This document shows positions 22,504 to 32,700 of a DNA stretch of 64,000 nt, one piece after another. The position numbers were made by a program, and so were the translations under genes. Location: contig JBFWVR010000005.1 of the NCBI GenBank assembly GCA_050246635.1, positions 43,095 to 107,094 of the forward strand. Direction: 5' to 3'. Within the stretch, counting starts at the first letter, position 1. Each line of letters begins with the position of its first letter. The DNA comes from Vicinamibacterales bacterium. GTDB taxonomy: Bacteria; Acidobacteriota; Vicinamibacteria; Vicinamibacterales; UBA2999. The notes under the pieces were generated by a model. That model ran no database searches. It worked only from the letters and a program-made list of their open reading frames with translations, and was not told the origin of the DNA.

Positions 22504-22761
22504 ATGCCGCAGCCTCTGGACGGCGACGTCACCATCCGGCCCGTCAAGCTCGAAGGTGCCCTGCACTGGGTGGTCGAGGAACGGCGGACCCGGACGTCGC
22601 TGTCGCCGGTGCCGTTTGCGCGGTTCGGGCTGGCTCGGCAGTTCGCGATGGACTACGCCAGGGGGCTGGGCGTGGCGGTCTGGTTCTCGGCAACACCGCT
22701 CGCGAGCGAACGCGATACGTTGCTCCTGCACGGACGCAGCGGCGCGGCCCGCTCCGCCTGA
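22504..22761 (+). CDS. Small hypothetical protein (85 aa)
   Basis: GAGGAG RBS; protein-like composition; converges on the NRPS. Confidence 0.5.
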   Translation: MPQPLDGDVTIRPVKLEGALHWVVEERRTRTSLSPVPFARFGLARQFAMDYARGLGVAVWFSATPLASERDTLLLHGRSGAARSA

Positions 22762-22780
22762 TCCGAGCAGGCGGCCGCCG

Positions 22781-25700
22781 TCACCCCGCCTTCGAGAACA
22801 ACGTCATCAGCGCCGCCCGGCGCGCGCGTCCAGCCGGGGCGGGCGGCCGCGACAGCTCGGCCTCCATCGCCTGTGCCAGGCTCTCGAGGTGCGTGGTGAC
22901 GCAGCCACGATGATCCCCGGGAATCGGGACCAGCCTGGCCCCGGGTGCCGCTCGCAGCCAGCCCTGTGACGCGGTCGCGCTGGCTTCATCACTGACGAGC
23001 AGGCTCACGGGCAGGCGCAGGCGCCGCGGCACGTAGGCGCCAATGGCCCGGACGTAGCGGGCCCACACCTGTGGGTCGTGTCGTACGCCGCGCTCGAGCG
23101 CCGCCACGCCGTCCGCCTCCGTGCGGCCCCGCGTGAAGCGGCGGGCCTTGTCGACCGCGAACCGCGCCACGCCGCGCGCCGTCGACTGCGCGAGCACCCG
23201 GGCGGCGTCCCCGATCCGGAGCGTGAGGTCCACCCGGGCGGCCTCGTCCCGGCCGGTCAGCCGGCAGAGCGCGCGAATGGCGGCGTCCACCGGCGCCAGG
23301 CGCGGCTCGACGGCCGGAGGATGGACCATCAGCACGCGCACGACGTCGCGCTCCCGGCGGAGGTGCCGCGCGACCTCGAACGCGACCAGGGCGCCGTGGC
23401 AGTAGCCGCCAATGGCGATGGGGCCCTCCGGGCATCGCTCGCGGATCAGCGCCGTGTACGCCGTGGCCATCGTCTCGATGGAGGGCGGAGGGCCGTCCCC
23501 CTCGATGCCGAGCGGCGCGATCGTGTAGACGGGTTGGGACTCGGGGAGCTCCCGCGCCAGGCGGGCGCAGTAGAGGCCGGCGCCGTTCAGGTCGCCGTGC
23601 AGGAAGAACAGCGGCGGCCGTGCACCTGCCGTGCGCAGGGCGGTCAGGGGGCCGGGCGACCGGTGTCGCGCGCGCCACAGCGCGCCGGCGAGACCTTCGA
23701 TCGTGGGGTGCTCGAGCAGCACGCGAAGTGGCACCCGCTCCCCGAACAGCGTCTCGACCCGCAGCATCATCTCGGCGGCAAGCAGCGAATGACCGCCCAG
23801 CGCGAAGAAGTCGTCCGTCACGCCAACCGGCCGGACATCGAGCAGCGACTCCCAGAGCGCGGCCAGCTCGGCCTCGAGCGGATCGCGGGGCGGCACCACG
23901 GCCCGGGCCGGCTGGGCCGTGATCGCGGCTGCGAGCGCACGATGATCCACCTTGCCCTGCGGTGTGAGGGGCAAGGCGTCGACGCACGCGACCGAGGGCA
24001 CGGCGTGACGGGGCAACCGGGCGGCAAGGTACCCGCGCAGCGCGTCCGCATCGGTCGCGCCGGGAGCGGTGAGGGTCACCGCGGCCACGAGGCGTCGCTC
24101 GTCGCCGTCACCGATGATCCCGACCACCGCGGCTGTCACGGCCGGGTGCGCCCCGAGTACCCCCTCGATGGCGGCTGGCTCGATTCGATGCCCGCGGATC
24201 TTCAGCTGGCGATCGAGCCGCCCGACGAAGACGAGTGCGCCCTCGGCGCCCAGGCGGCACACGTCGCCGGTGCGGTACCAGCGTGTGCCGTCCCGGTCGA
24301 CGAAGCGCGCGTCCGTCTCGTCCGGCCGCTTGTGATAGCCGAGCGCCAGGCCGTCCCCCGCCAGCCAGAGCTCGCCGGTGAGTCCCCGCGCCACGGGCCG
24401 TCCGGCCTCATCCATCACGGCCGCGATGGTCCAGGCGATCGGGCGGCCGATCGGCACGGTGGCGGCGTCCGCCGCCACGGTGCGGACGTGGTGGACGGTC
24501 GCGAACGTCGTGCATTCGGTGGGGCCGTACGCGTGCACGAGGCGCTCGGGCGGCGACGCGCCGAGGACCGCCGCGACGGCCGTGGGGCTTGCCGCCTCGC
24601 CGCCGAAGAACAGCGCGCGGAGCGGGGCAAACGCCGATGGCCGGCTGCGCGCGACCTGGTTGAAGACCGCTGTCGTGACGAACAGCACGTCGAGTTGCCG
24701 CCGGCGGATCTCTCGGGCGAGCGCCGCAGGGGCGACCACGACCTCCGCAGGCAACGGCACCAGCGTGGCGCCATTGAGCAGGGCACCCCAGATCTCGAGC
24801 GTGGCCGCATCGAAGGTCGGGTTGGCTGCCTGCGCCACACGGTCGCCCGGCCCCACCCGGAGATAGTCGGTGCCCACGACGAGCCGGACGACACCACGGT
24901 GGGGCACGAGCACGCCCTTCGGGGCTCCGGTGGAACCCGACGTGTACAACAGGCACGCCGCCGTGTCAGACGCGGTCGCGACGGCCGGGGCGATCGGGTG
25001 CGAGTCGTCGTGAAGCGCCTGCGGATCGACGCGGCGGACGTCCGGCGGCCACTCCACCCCGGACGCGACTGGCGCGAGCACCACGGTGACGTCGGCATCG
25101 GCGAGCGTGGCGGCACGATGCGCAGGCGGGTCCTGGGGGTCGAGTGGGACGTACACGGCCCCGGCCTCCAGCACGCCGAGCAGGGCCGCGACCATGGGCG
25201 CATCGCGCGTCGCCAGCACCCCCACCCGATCGCCGGGCTGCACGCCCTGTTCCTGGAGCGCCCCCGTGATCCGGCTGCTCCAGCGCTGCAGCGCCGCGTA
25301 GGAGACGCGCTCGTGGCCCGTGTCGATGGCAGTCGCGGGACCATGTCTCCTGGCCGCACGCGTGAACAGCTCATGGATGGAGGCGTCCCGGGGGCAGGCC
25401 GTCGACGGGCCACGCAGCACCGCCCGTTGTCCATCGGGGTCGCAGGCCAGGGCCGAGACGGGCAGGTCGGGCTCGGCCAACGCGGAGGCGAGCAGCGTCC
25501 CGAACGCCCGCGCGGCCCACCCCATCGTCGTCGAGGCGAAGAGGTCGTCGCTGAAGACGATGTTGGCGGTGAGGTCCTCCCGCTCGAGCACGGCCGTGAG
25601 CGACACGTCGGTCTTCGCGGTGCCGGTCGGTGCAGGCAGGGGCACGTACTCGAGGCCGTCGCGGGTCGAGACCGTGTCATCCGGCACGGCGTGCAGGGTG

Positions 25701-26788
25701 AAGAGCGCGCGGAAGAGCGGCGCCGTGCGCGCACCACCGGACGCACGCACGGCATCGGTGATGGCCTCGACCCTGGCGTCGCGGTGCCGCAGCGCGTCGA
25801 GCATCACCTGGCGGCCATGCTCGAGGAGCCCCGAGAAGGGCAGCGCCGGCTCGACGCGCAGGCGCGCCACGATCGTGTTGACGAAGCAGCCGACGACAGG
25901 CTCGAGCTCGACCCGGTCGCGGCCGGCGACGGGCATGCCGATGGCGAGATCACGGTCACCCGTCCACCGGGCCAGGAAGGCCGCGAATGCCGACACCAGC
26001 ACGGCCGCCGGCGTCGTCCGGCAGGCGCGCGCGAGGCGGTGAACGGCGGCCCCCGTGCCGACGGCGAGGGGCACGCGGATGCGCTGCCCCCGCCACGTGG
26101 GCGCGCTCGCGGGCACGTAGTCGGCCGGCCAGGCCGGGCCCGGGGGCAGATCGGCGAGGACCTCTCGCCAGTACGCGAGCGACTGCGAGGGCGACTGCGC
26201 CGTGTCCTGCTCCGCCTCCCAGACCGCGTAATCGGCGTACTGGAGCGGGGGGTCGCCGAGGGCGGGCTGCTCGCCCCGGGCGTGCGCCGCGTAGGCCCGT
26301 GTGATCTCGTTCTGCAACAGCCCGAGCGACCAGCCGTCGGCAATCGCGTGGTGCAGCGAGAGGCAGAACAGGTACCGCGGGCCGCCGAGGCGGTACAGGC
26401 GTGCGCGTACCAGGGGCCCCCGTCGCAGATCGAACGGCGCCTGCGCCTCGGCACGCACGAGCTCACGCGCACGGTCGGTAAGCGCGTGGTCGTCCGTGCC
26501 CGCGACGTCCTCGATCTCCAGGGGAGAGGAGAGCCGCTCCGCGACCACCTGCACCAGGCGTCCGTCCACGTGATCGAAGTGCGTGCGCAGGGCCTCGTGA
26601 CGCGCGATTACCGTCTCGAGGGCCTGGGCGAACGCGGCCTCGTCCAGGGCGCCGCGAATGAGTGTGGCCTTGGCAATCGTGTACGCGACGCCCGTCGGGT
26701 CGCTCTCCGACAGGAACCACAGCCGCTGCTGGGCCAGGGACGCGGGGAACACATGGACGGCACCCGGGGGACCGGCGACACCCGTCAT
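22781..26788 (-). CDS. NRPS termination module C-A-PCP-TE
   Basis: SLAQQRLWF, HHAIADGWS, YTSGSTGAPKG, YGPTECT, YRTGD, GKVDH, FFALGGHSL, TE with GYCHG and GDH. Confidence 0.95.
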   Translation of the reverse strand: MTGVAGPPGAVHVFPASLAQQRLWFLSESDPTGVAYTIAKATLIRGALDEAAFAQALETVIARHEALRTHFDHVDGRLVQVVAERLSSPLEIEDVAGTDDHALTDRARELVRAEAQAPFDLRRGPLVRARLYRLGGPRYLFCLSLHHAIADGWSLGLLQNEITRAYAAHARGEQPALGDPPLQYADYAVWEAEQDTAQSPSQSLAYWREVLADLPPGPAWPADYVPASAPTWRGQRIRVPLAVGTGAAVHRLARACRTTPAAVLVSAFAAFLARWTGDRDLAIGMPVAGRDRVELEPVVGCFVNTIVARLRVEPALPFSGLLEHGRQVMLDALRHRDARVEAITDAVRASGGARTAPLFRALFTLHAVPDDTVSTRDGLEYVPLPAPTGTAKTDVSLTAVLEREDLTANIVFSDDLFASTTMGWAARAFGTLLASALAEPDLPVSALACDPDGQRAVLRGPSTACPRDASIHELFTRAARRHGPATAIDTGHERVSYAALQRWSSRITGALQEQGVQPGDRVGVLATRDAPMVAALLGVLEAGAVYVPLDPQDPPAHRAATLADADVTVVLAPVASGVEWPPDVRRVDPQALHDDSHPIAPAVATASDTAACLLYTSGSTGAPKGVLVPHRGVVRLVVGTDYLRVGPGDRVAQAANPTFDAATLEIWGALLNGATLVPLPAEVVVAPAALAREIRRRQLDVLFVTTAVFNQVARSRPSAFAPLRALFFGGEAASPTAVAAVLGASPPERLVHAYGPTECTTFATVHHVRTVAADAATVPIGRPIAWTIAAVMDEAGRPVARGLTGELWLAGDGLALGYHKRPDETDARFVDRDGTRWYRTGDVCRLGAEGALVFVGRLDRQLKIRGHRIEPAAIEGVLGAHPAVTAAVVGIIGDGDERRLVAAVTLTAPGATDADALRGYLAARLPRHAVPSVACVDALPLTPQGKVDHRALAAAITAQPARAVVPPRDPLEAELAALWESLLDVRPVGVTDDFFALGGHSLLAAEMMLRVETLFGERVPLRVLLEHPTIEGLAGALWRARHRSPGPLTALRTAGARPPLFFLHGDLNGAGLYCARLARELPESQPVYTIAPLGIEGDGPPPSIETMATAYTALIRERCPEGPIAIGGYCHGALVAFEVARHLRRERDVVRVLMVHPPAVEPRLAPVDAAIRALCRLTGRDEAARVDLTLRIGDAARVLAQSTARGVARFAVDKARRFTRGRTEADGVAALERGVRHDPQVWARYVRAIGAYVPRRLRLPVSLLVSDEASATASQGWLRAAPGARLVPIPGDHRGCVTTHLESLAQAMEAELSRPPAPAGRARRAALMTLFSKAG

Positions 26789-29700
26789 GCGACGCTGCTC
26801 CGGTATTGGCGCCGATCCGCCCGTGGGATCTCCGGCCGGGCCGCCCCCGGCGTGGCCGTCGCGTCGATGGCGGCGGCGAGCTCGGCGAGCGTCGGCGCAT
26901 CGAAGACGGTCCGGATGGAAATGCCGGCGCCGAGCGCACGGCTGACGCGGGCGACCAGTTGCGCGGCGAGCAGCGAGTGCCCCCCCGCCTCGAAGAAGTC
27001 GTCGTCTCGCGAGACGCGCGCGGTGCCGAGCACCTCGCGCCAGATGGGTGCCAGGGCGCGTTCGGTGGGCGTCTCCGGCGCTCGCAGCGGCTTCGCCACC
27101 AGCGGAGCGGCGTCGAGCGTGCGCAGTGCCGCACGATCGACCTTCCCGTTCGGGCCGAGCGGCAGCACCGGCACGCGGTGGATGCGCGTGGGCACGGCCG
27201 CGGCCGGCAGCGTGGCCACCACGTGACGACGCAGGGATGCGGGTGGGATCTCGCGCGTCGACACCACGTAGGCGGTCAGGGTCCCGTCGCCCTGCGGTCC
27301 GGCCATGACCACGGCCGCCTGCACGTCCGGGTGCCCCGCGAGCACCGCGCCGACTTCACCGAGGTCGACGCGGACGCCGCGCACCTTGACGGCCTCGTCG
27401 TAGCGGCCATCGATCTCCACGATGCCGTCGGGCGCGTACCGGCCGCGGTCGCCGGTGCGGTAGACGATGTCGTCGGGATCGCGGGTCAGCGGGTTCGTCG
27501 TGAAGCGCTCACGTCCCTCGTCGCCGAGGTACCCCAACGACCGGTACGGCGTGCGGATCACGATTTCTCCCGGCTCGCCGATGCCGCACGGCCGGCCGCC
27601 CCTCAGGATCAGGACCTCGGCTCCCGGCATGGCGCGGCCAATCGGCATGACGTCCCTGGATGGCGCCGGCGGCACCTCGTAGGCGCACTTCGCGAGCGTC
27701 GTCTCCGTCGGGCCATAGAGGTTCACGACCCGCGTTGCCGGTGCGGATGCCCGCCATCGCGACACGAGTGCGCGGGAGAGCGGCTCGCCCGCGAAGAAGG
27801 TCACCCGCAGGGCGTCGAGCGGTGGGACGTCGGGTTCCGCGTCGAGCCAGGTCTGGGCCATGGCGGGGACCGCGTGGAGAAGCGTGATGCCCGCGCGGCG
27901 CAGCCACGAGCGCGTGGCCCCGGATGTGGCGCCTTCGGCGCCGCCGGGCACGACCAGGGTGGCGCCGCAGGTCAGGGGGAGGAACGCTTCCCGCAGGAAC
28001 ACGTCGAAGGACGGCGAGGTGACCTGGCCCACCCGGTCGTCGGGGACGACCGCGTAGGTGCGGGCCTGCCAGTCGAGGAAGTGCGCGAGCCCTTGATGTG
28101 ACCCGAGCACGCCCTTCGGGACTCCCGATGTGCCGGAGGTGAAGCAGACGTACGCCGGGTCACCGGTCCCCTCGCGCACCTCGCCAGATCGCGCACACAC
28201 GAGGCGAGCGCCCGAGGTGTCCAGCGAATCCCGGTGCGCCTCGAACACGTCGTCTCGCCCGCGCCAGGCCGCGGGCAACGGTTCGGTGGCGATGAGCGCG
28301 GCCGGCTGCGCGGTCTCGAGCAGCTTGAGGGCGCGTTCGCCAGGCAGCGCGGCGTCCACAGGGACCGCCACGTGCCCGGCCGCCCACGTCGCCAGCATCG
28401 CGGCCACGAACACCTCGCCCGGTGATCCCGCCACCGCCACGTGACTGCCCGGGGCGAGGGCCCGTGCCGACAGATGCCGGGCAATCGCGCCGGCCGTCCG
28501 CGACAACTGGTCGTACGAGACGGGACGACCGCGGTCGTCGAGCGCCTCGCGTGTCGGGTGGCGCGCGACCTGTTCGATGAACGACTCCACGACCGTCGGG
28601 CGGTGGTGACAGGGCAGGGGGCGGGTGCCCACCGGCAAGGGCGCCTCGGGTGTCGTATCGGCCAGGGCGATGTCCTCCACGCGAGCGCGGGGCGCGGCGG
28701 TCATCGTGCGCAGCGTGCCGGCGATCTGCCGCAGGAGTGCCGTCATGCGCGGCCGGGAGAACTGCGAGGTGCGCCACGCGGCCCGGAGCTTCAGCTCGTC
28801 GTGCGCGAGTTCCGCATACAGCGTCAGGCCCATCTTGGCATCGCGTGTGCCGGTGGGCCTCGTGTCCAGCGCCAGGTCCGCGAAGGCGGCGGACGGCGTG
28901 GCGGTATTGAGGAAGTTCAGCATCACGTCGAAGAACGGTGGCCGTCCCGCGGCGCGTTCGGGCTGCAGCGCCTGCACGAGTCGATCGAAGGGCAGGTCCT
29001 GGTGGGCGAACGCACGAAGGACGGACGTTCGCACGCGCGTGACCAGGTCGAGCGCCGTGGGGTTCCCCGACAGGTCGCATCGCAGGACCAGCGTGTTGAG
29101 GAAGCACCCGATGGTGCGCTCGAACGCGGAGTGGTCGCGGCCGGCCACCGGGGTCCCGAACACCACGTCGGGCTGATCGGCCAGGCGCCCGAGCACGAGG
29201 GCCGTCGCAGCGGCGGTGACCATGAAGGGGGTGGCATCGGCGGCGCGGGCGAGCTGCCGCAGGGCTGCGGTGTCGGCGCGACCGAGCACGAGCTCGGTCG
29301 AGTCCCCGCATGTGTCGGCGGGGCCACGCGGGCCGTCGGCAGGCAACACGAGCTCCGGGGCGCCGTCCAGCTCTTCGCGCCAGTAGGCCACGAGTGCGGC
29401 TTCGCGCTCGGCCGTGAGCGCCTCGCGCTGCCTGCGAGCGAAGGTGGCGTAGTCCGGCGGTGCGGGTGGCAGGTCGGGTGGACGGCCGGAACGCGCCGCG
29501 GCGTAGAGCGCACCGAGCTCCTGCACGAGGACCGCGCCGGACCAGGCATCGAAGATCGCGTGGTGGCAACTGACGTGCAGCTCGTGCGCGTCCGGTCCGG
29601 TGTGGACCAGCACGGCGCGCAGCAGCGGCGCCACCGACAGATCGAACGGGCAGGCGAGCAGCGCCCGCATCAGGTCCGCCGCGGCTGCCGGCGGATCGTC

Positions 29701-32700
29701 GAGGTTCGAGACGTCCTTGCGCGCGAGCTCGACGGTGACGTCGGCGTGCACGACCTGCACGCCATGACCGCCCTCGACACTCAGGGAGGTGCGCAGCGCC
29801 GGATGGCGGGCCATCAGGCCGCGGAGCGCCGCCTCCAGGGCCCCGGCCTCGAGCGGCCCCGTCAATCCGATCCGCGCGCCGACGACGTACTGGGTGGTGC
29901 CAGGCGCCAGCTGCTCCATGAGCCACATGCGCTCCTGGGCAAACGACATGGGCGGAGCGTCGTCACCTGGCGGCGCGGGTCCGGTCACGTCCGCGGGCCC
30001 GGGACGCGGCGCCGCGTCGGGGACCAGACTGTCCACGTGGACGGCCAGCCCGGCGACGGTCGGGTGGGCGAAGATCGCGGGCAGCGTCACTGCGACCCCG
30101 AACGTCTCAGACACGCGCGCCGCCAGCTGCGCGGCGTTCAGGGAGTGGCCGCCAAGATCGAAGAAGCTGTCGTCTGCGCCGATGTCGTCCCGTCCGAGCA
30201 GCGTCGACCAGATGGTGTGGAGGCGGCGTTCGGTGTCGCTGGCGGGACCGCGTCCCGCGCGTCGCAGCAGAATCCCGGGGGCCGCGCCGAGGGCGTCACG
30301 ATCGATCTTTCCGTGCGGCGTCCGTGGGAGCTCCTCGACCTGGCGGAGCTCGGAGGGCACGAAGTACTCGGGGAGCCGGCTGCGCAGGAAGGCGCGGACA
30401 TCCGTGTCGGACAGCGACGCCCCCTCGACCCCGACCACCACGCCCACCAGCACTTGGCCCTCGTCGCGCGACGCGGCGAGGACGACGGCGTCGCGGATGG
30501 CTGGGTGCGTGATCAAGGTGCGTTCGATCTCGCCGGGCTCGATGCGGTAACCGCGAATCTTGAGCTGCGAGTCGGCCCGGCCGACGAACTCGAGCGCGCC
30601 ATCGGGGCGCCGTCGCGCGAGGTCGCCGGTCCGGTACAGCCGCGCACCGGGTGGGCCGAACGGATGGGGTACGAACCGCTCGGCGGTCTGCCCGGGGCTC
30701 CGCCGGTACCCGAGCGCGAGGCCGGCGCCCCCGATGTACAGCTCGCCGACCATGCCCCTCGCGACGGGCTCCAGGCAGGCACCGAGCACGTGGGTCTCGA
30801 CGTTCCAGATCGGCTGGCCGATGGACACGCCCGCGCCGCCTGTGCCGCCGGCATCGCCGATCTCGGCAAAGGTCGCGACGACGGTGGCCTCCGTGGGGCC
30901 GTAGCCGTTCAACAGGCGCGCCGTCGGCGAGACACGCGCGCGCCAGGCCGCCAGCCGGTCGGCCTGCATCGCCTCGCCCCCGACGAGCACGAGCCGCACG
31001 CCCGGTGGCAACGGGCTGCCGGCATCGGCGAGGAGGTGCCAGTACGCCGTCGGCAGGTTCAGCACCGTGATGCCGAGCGCGGCAAGGCGCGCCATGAAGG
31101 GGGCGCCAGCCGCGGGGAGTTCCGCGTCCCGGAGGACGAGCGTCGCGCCGGCCGTCAGGGTCGGGAAGATCTCCTCGACAGCGGTGTCGAAGGTCAGCGC
31201 CGCGAACTGCAGGGCCCGATCCCCGGGGCGCAGCCCGAACGTGGCGCGGCCGTAGGCGGCGTAGTTGGCCAGGGCGCGGTGTGGCACCTCGACCCCTCGT
31301 GGCACGCCCGTGGAGCCCGACGTGTAGATCACGTACGCGAGGTCGCCTCCATCGGCGGGTGCCGGCCGCGTCGTCGCGGGTGCGGCCGCGAGGAGATCGC
31401 CAATCCCGACGGTCGTGTCGTGGTCGTGCTCGCCGATGACCAGCCAGGCGCTCGCGTCGGTCACGAACTGCTCGCGGCGGGCGCGCGGCGCTGAGGGATC
31501 CAGCGGGAGGTACGCGGCGCCCGCCGCGAGCACGCCGAGGATGGCGATGACGTACTCCGGCGACCGGGGCAGCGAGATGCCGACGAGGTCGCCGGGCCGA
31601 ACGGCGCGGGCGTCGAGGCCGGCGGCGACACGGGAGGCCGCGTCCACGAGCTCCGCGTAGGTCACGCGGCGTTCGCCGGCTTCGACGGCCACCGCGTCCG
31701 GCGCCTCTCGCGCCACGGACCAGATGACCTCCAGCACGTTCTGCGCCGGGGCCGCCGGTTCACGCGGGCCCGTGCCGGCGGCGATCTCGGCCTCCCGTGC
31801 GTGCTCGTCCAGCAGGTGCAGCTCGCCGACCCGACGATCCGGGGCCTCGAGGATCTGGTCGATCACCCGGACGAGCTGCGCCGCGACGAGGCGCCGCTGC
31901 CCGTCGTCGAAGACGTCGTCATGCGTGTCGAGGGCGAGCGCCGGGTCGTCGCTGGCTCGCCCATACAGCTGGACGGCGAGGCACTCGCGCTCGGCGCCGG
32001 TATGCAGCCAGTCGATGGCAGCGTCGCAGCCGGGCAGCCCCTGCAGGGGCGTCGTGTGCACGTTCAGCAGGACGTCAGGGACGGGCGTGCCGCCTGCCCG
32101 GGCGCGGCGGGCCTGCCGGAGGGCCGCGCGCAGGGCGGAGCGAATCCGCGCCATCAGCGTCTGCATCGAGTCGGACGGCGCACACGTCACCGTCAACGGC
32201 AGCACGTCCATGAACAGCCCGGCAATCGCGCGAGCGTGGGGGCGACGGTTCTGGTAGGGGACGCCAATCGTGAATCGTCGCCCACCCGTCATGTGGAAGA
32301 GATGCGCGACGAGTGCCGCGGCGGTGAGCAGGAAGATCCCATGGTCACCTGATTGCGCGCCGTCGACCCGAAGGCCGGCCTCACGCAGCGCCCGCGCCCG
32401 GCGGTGGCCGAGCGGCATCGGCGTGCGCGTCACGTGCGTGGTCTGCCGGTGTGGCGTGCGTCCGAAGAATGCCAGGGGCTCCGCGGCCGGCCCCCGCGTG
32501 GCGGGCTCCCCGCACGATCCGTCGATGGCCGATGGCTGCGTGGTCAGCCAGTCGAGAAACCCCGGATGCTGCGCTTCGGCGGCAGGCCCACCGCATTCGT
32601 CGGCGTAGAGAGCCGCCATGCGCTCGCAGAGCAGCCGCATGGAATGCCCGTCCGTGATCAGGTGATGCTGGACGAGCAGCCAGTGATGATGCAGCGGGTC

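Noticed and set aside
23078-31494. Very long plus-strand ORFs (1382 aa, 1017 aa) and similar ones at 38653, 45862, 57491 and 59340
   Set aside because: Antisense shadows of real genes in GC-rich DNA; Arg/Gly/Ala-rich with no motifs.
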